Shown: piece after piece, positions 63,297-64,000 of the stretch
Layout of the letters: every line of letters begins with the position of its first letter
Position numbering within the stretch: position 1 is the first letter of the stretch
Assembly (NCBI RefSeq): GCF_018350175.1
Contig: NC_058368.1
Location: forward strand, 187,056,001 to 187,120,000
DNA: 64,000 nt
Reading direction: 5' to 3'
DNA from: Felis catus
Lineage: Eukaryota
Program-made: the position numbers and the translations under genes
The notes under the pieces: generated by a model
What the model was told of the DNA's origin: nothing
What the model saw: the letters and a program-made list of their open reading frames with translations, nothing else
Databases searched by the model: none

Positions 63297-63424
63297 AGCC
63301 TCACATCGGGCTTTGTGCTGACTGTGCAGAGGCTGCTTGGGATCTCTCTCTGCCCCTTCCCCATTTGCTCTCACTCTCTCAAAATAAGTAATAAATAAAA
63401 CTTTAAAAAAATAAAAATAAAATA
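63297..63424 (+). mobile_element. 5'-truncated Can-SINE (3' half only)
   Basis: TSD AAAGTTGCAA(C/T)TTTCAA at 63280-63296 and 63425-63441. Confidence 0.88.
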
Positions 63425-63809
63425 AAAGTTGCAATTTTCAACTTCTAAAATTCTCCCCTAAATCTGATAAATGATGTGCTTAAATTAAATGTTTACAAAA
63501 ATTTGTAGTGTTTCCCATTTACCAATTATACATAAATAGTATATGCTCCTATTTAGAATAAACCAACAATGTCAAATCTATAGTGTATGTGATGATCCAG
63601 TGGGAGGAGTCTTGGGCTAGGTTGTACCTTGCCTGTCACTTTTTTGTGCTTGGACTATTGAGGTAACTTCCTGATTGCTCTGGCTCCAGTATTTTACCTT
63701 GATGATTTATTCTAACTAAAATCAGACATATTTTCCAAGCTAACAAGTGTCCCCATATCACCATCCCAATTAAACATCTCCTATTGGCTCCTTGTTGCTT
63801 CTAGAATTA

Positions 63810-64000
63810 ATAATAATAGTAATAACAATAATTATGAGAGTCAATACTTAATGGATTTACTCTATGCTAGGCATTATTTGATGTACTTTATATAAATTTT
63901 CTCATTTAATTTTCATAATAACTCTGAAAGTTCACATTTGTGGAAACTGAGGTCCAAAGAGGTCAGGTTATTTATCCAAGATGACATAGCTAGTACATGA
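63810..64000 (-). mobile_element. MIR SINE (runs off the window end)
   Basis: ctcatttaattttcataataactctga...ggaaactgaggtccaaagaggtcaggttatttatccaagatgacatagctagta. Confidence 0.8.

Noticed and set aside
1..64000. Assigning a host gene or chromosome
   Set aside because: No exon recognised; this needs a genome alignment that I cannot run.

Overview
Mammalian non-coding DNA, almost certainly felid (cat family), judged from about 29 tRNA-derived Can-SINEs (SINEC_Fc types) and a felid-type LINE-1. I recognise no exon of a host protein-coding gene, no RNA gene and no CRISPR array. The window reads as a long intron or intergenic region dominated by retroelements. Main elements: (1) a full-length but inactivated young L1 on + (34627-40543) with a perfect 15-bp target-site duplication (TSD) and disrupted ORF1/ORF2; (2) an older full-length L1 on - (~15823-24638) with a tandem-repeat 5'UTR and several nested SINEs; (3) truncated L1s, MIR/L2 relics, MaLR solo LTRs, hAT MITEs and microsatellites. 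Most notable observations: a TSD-flanked chimeric retro-insertion (SINE plus ~380 bp of older L1-like DNA, 18586-19196); a strong candidate recursive splice site on - (CAG|GTAAGT at 13066/13065); repeated re-use of identical target sites by SINEs; and several repeat-free, motif-dense segments that may be enhancers. Subfamily names come from recalled consensus sequences, not from a search. I cannot support a claim of a wholly new biological system here.
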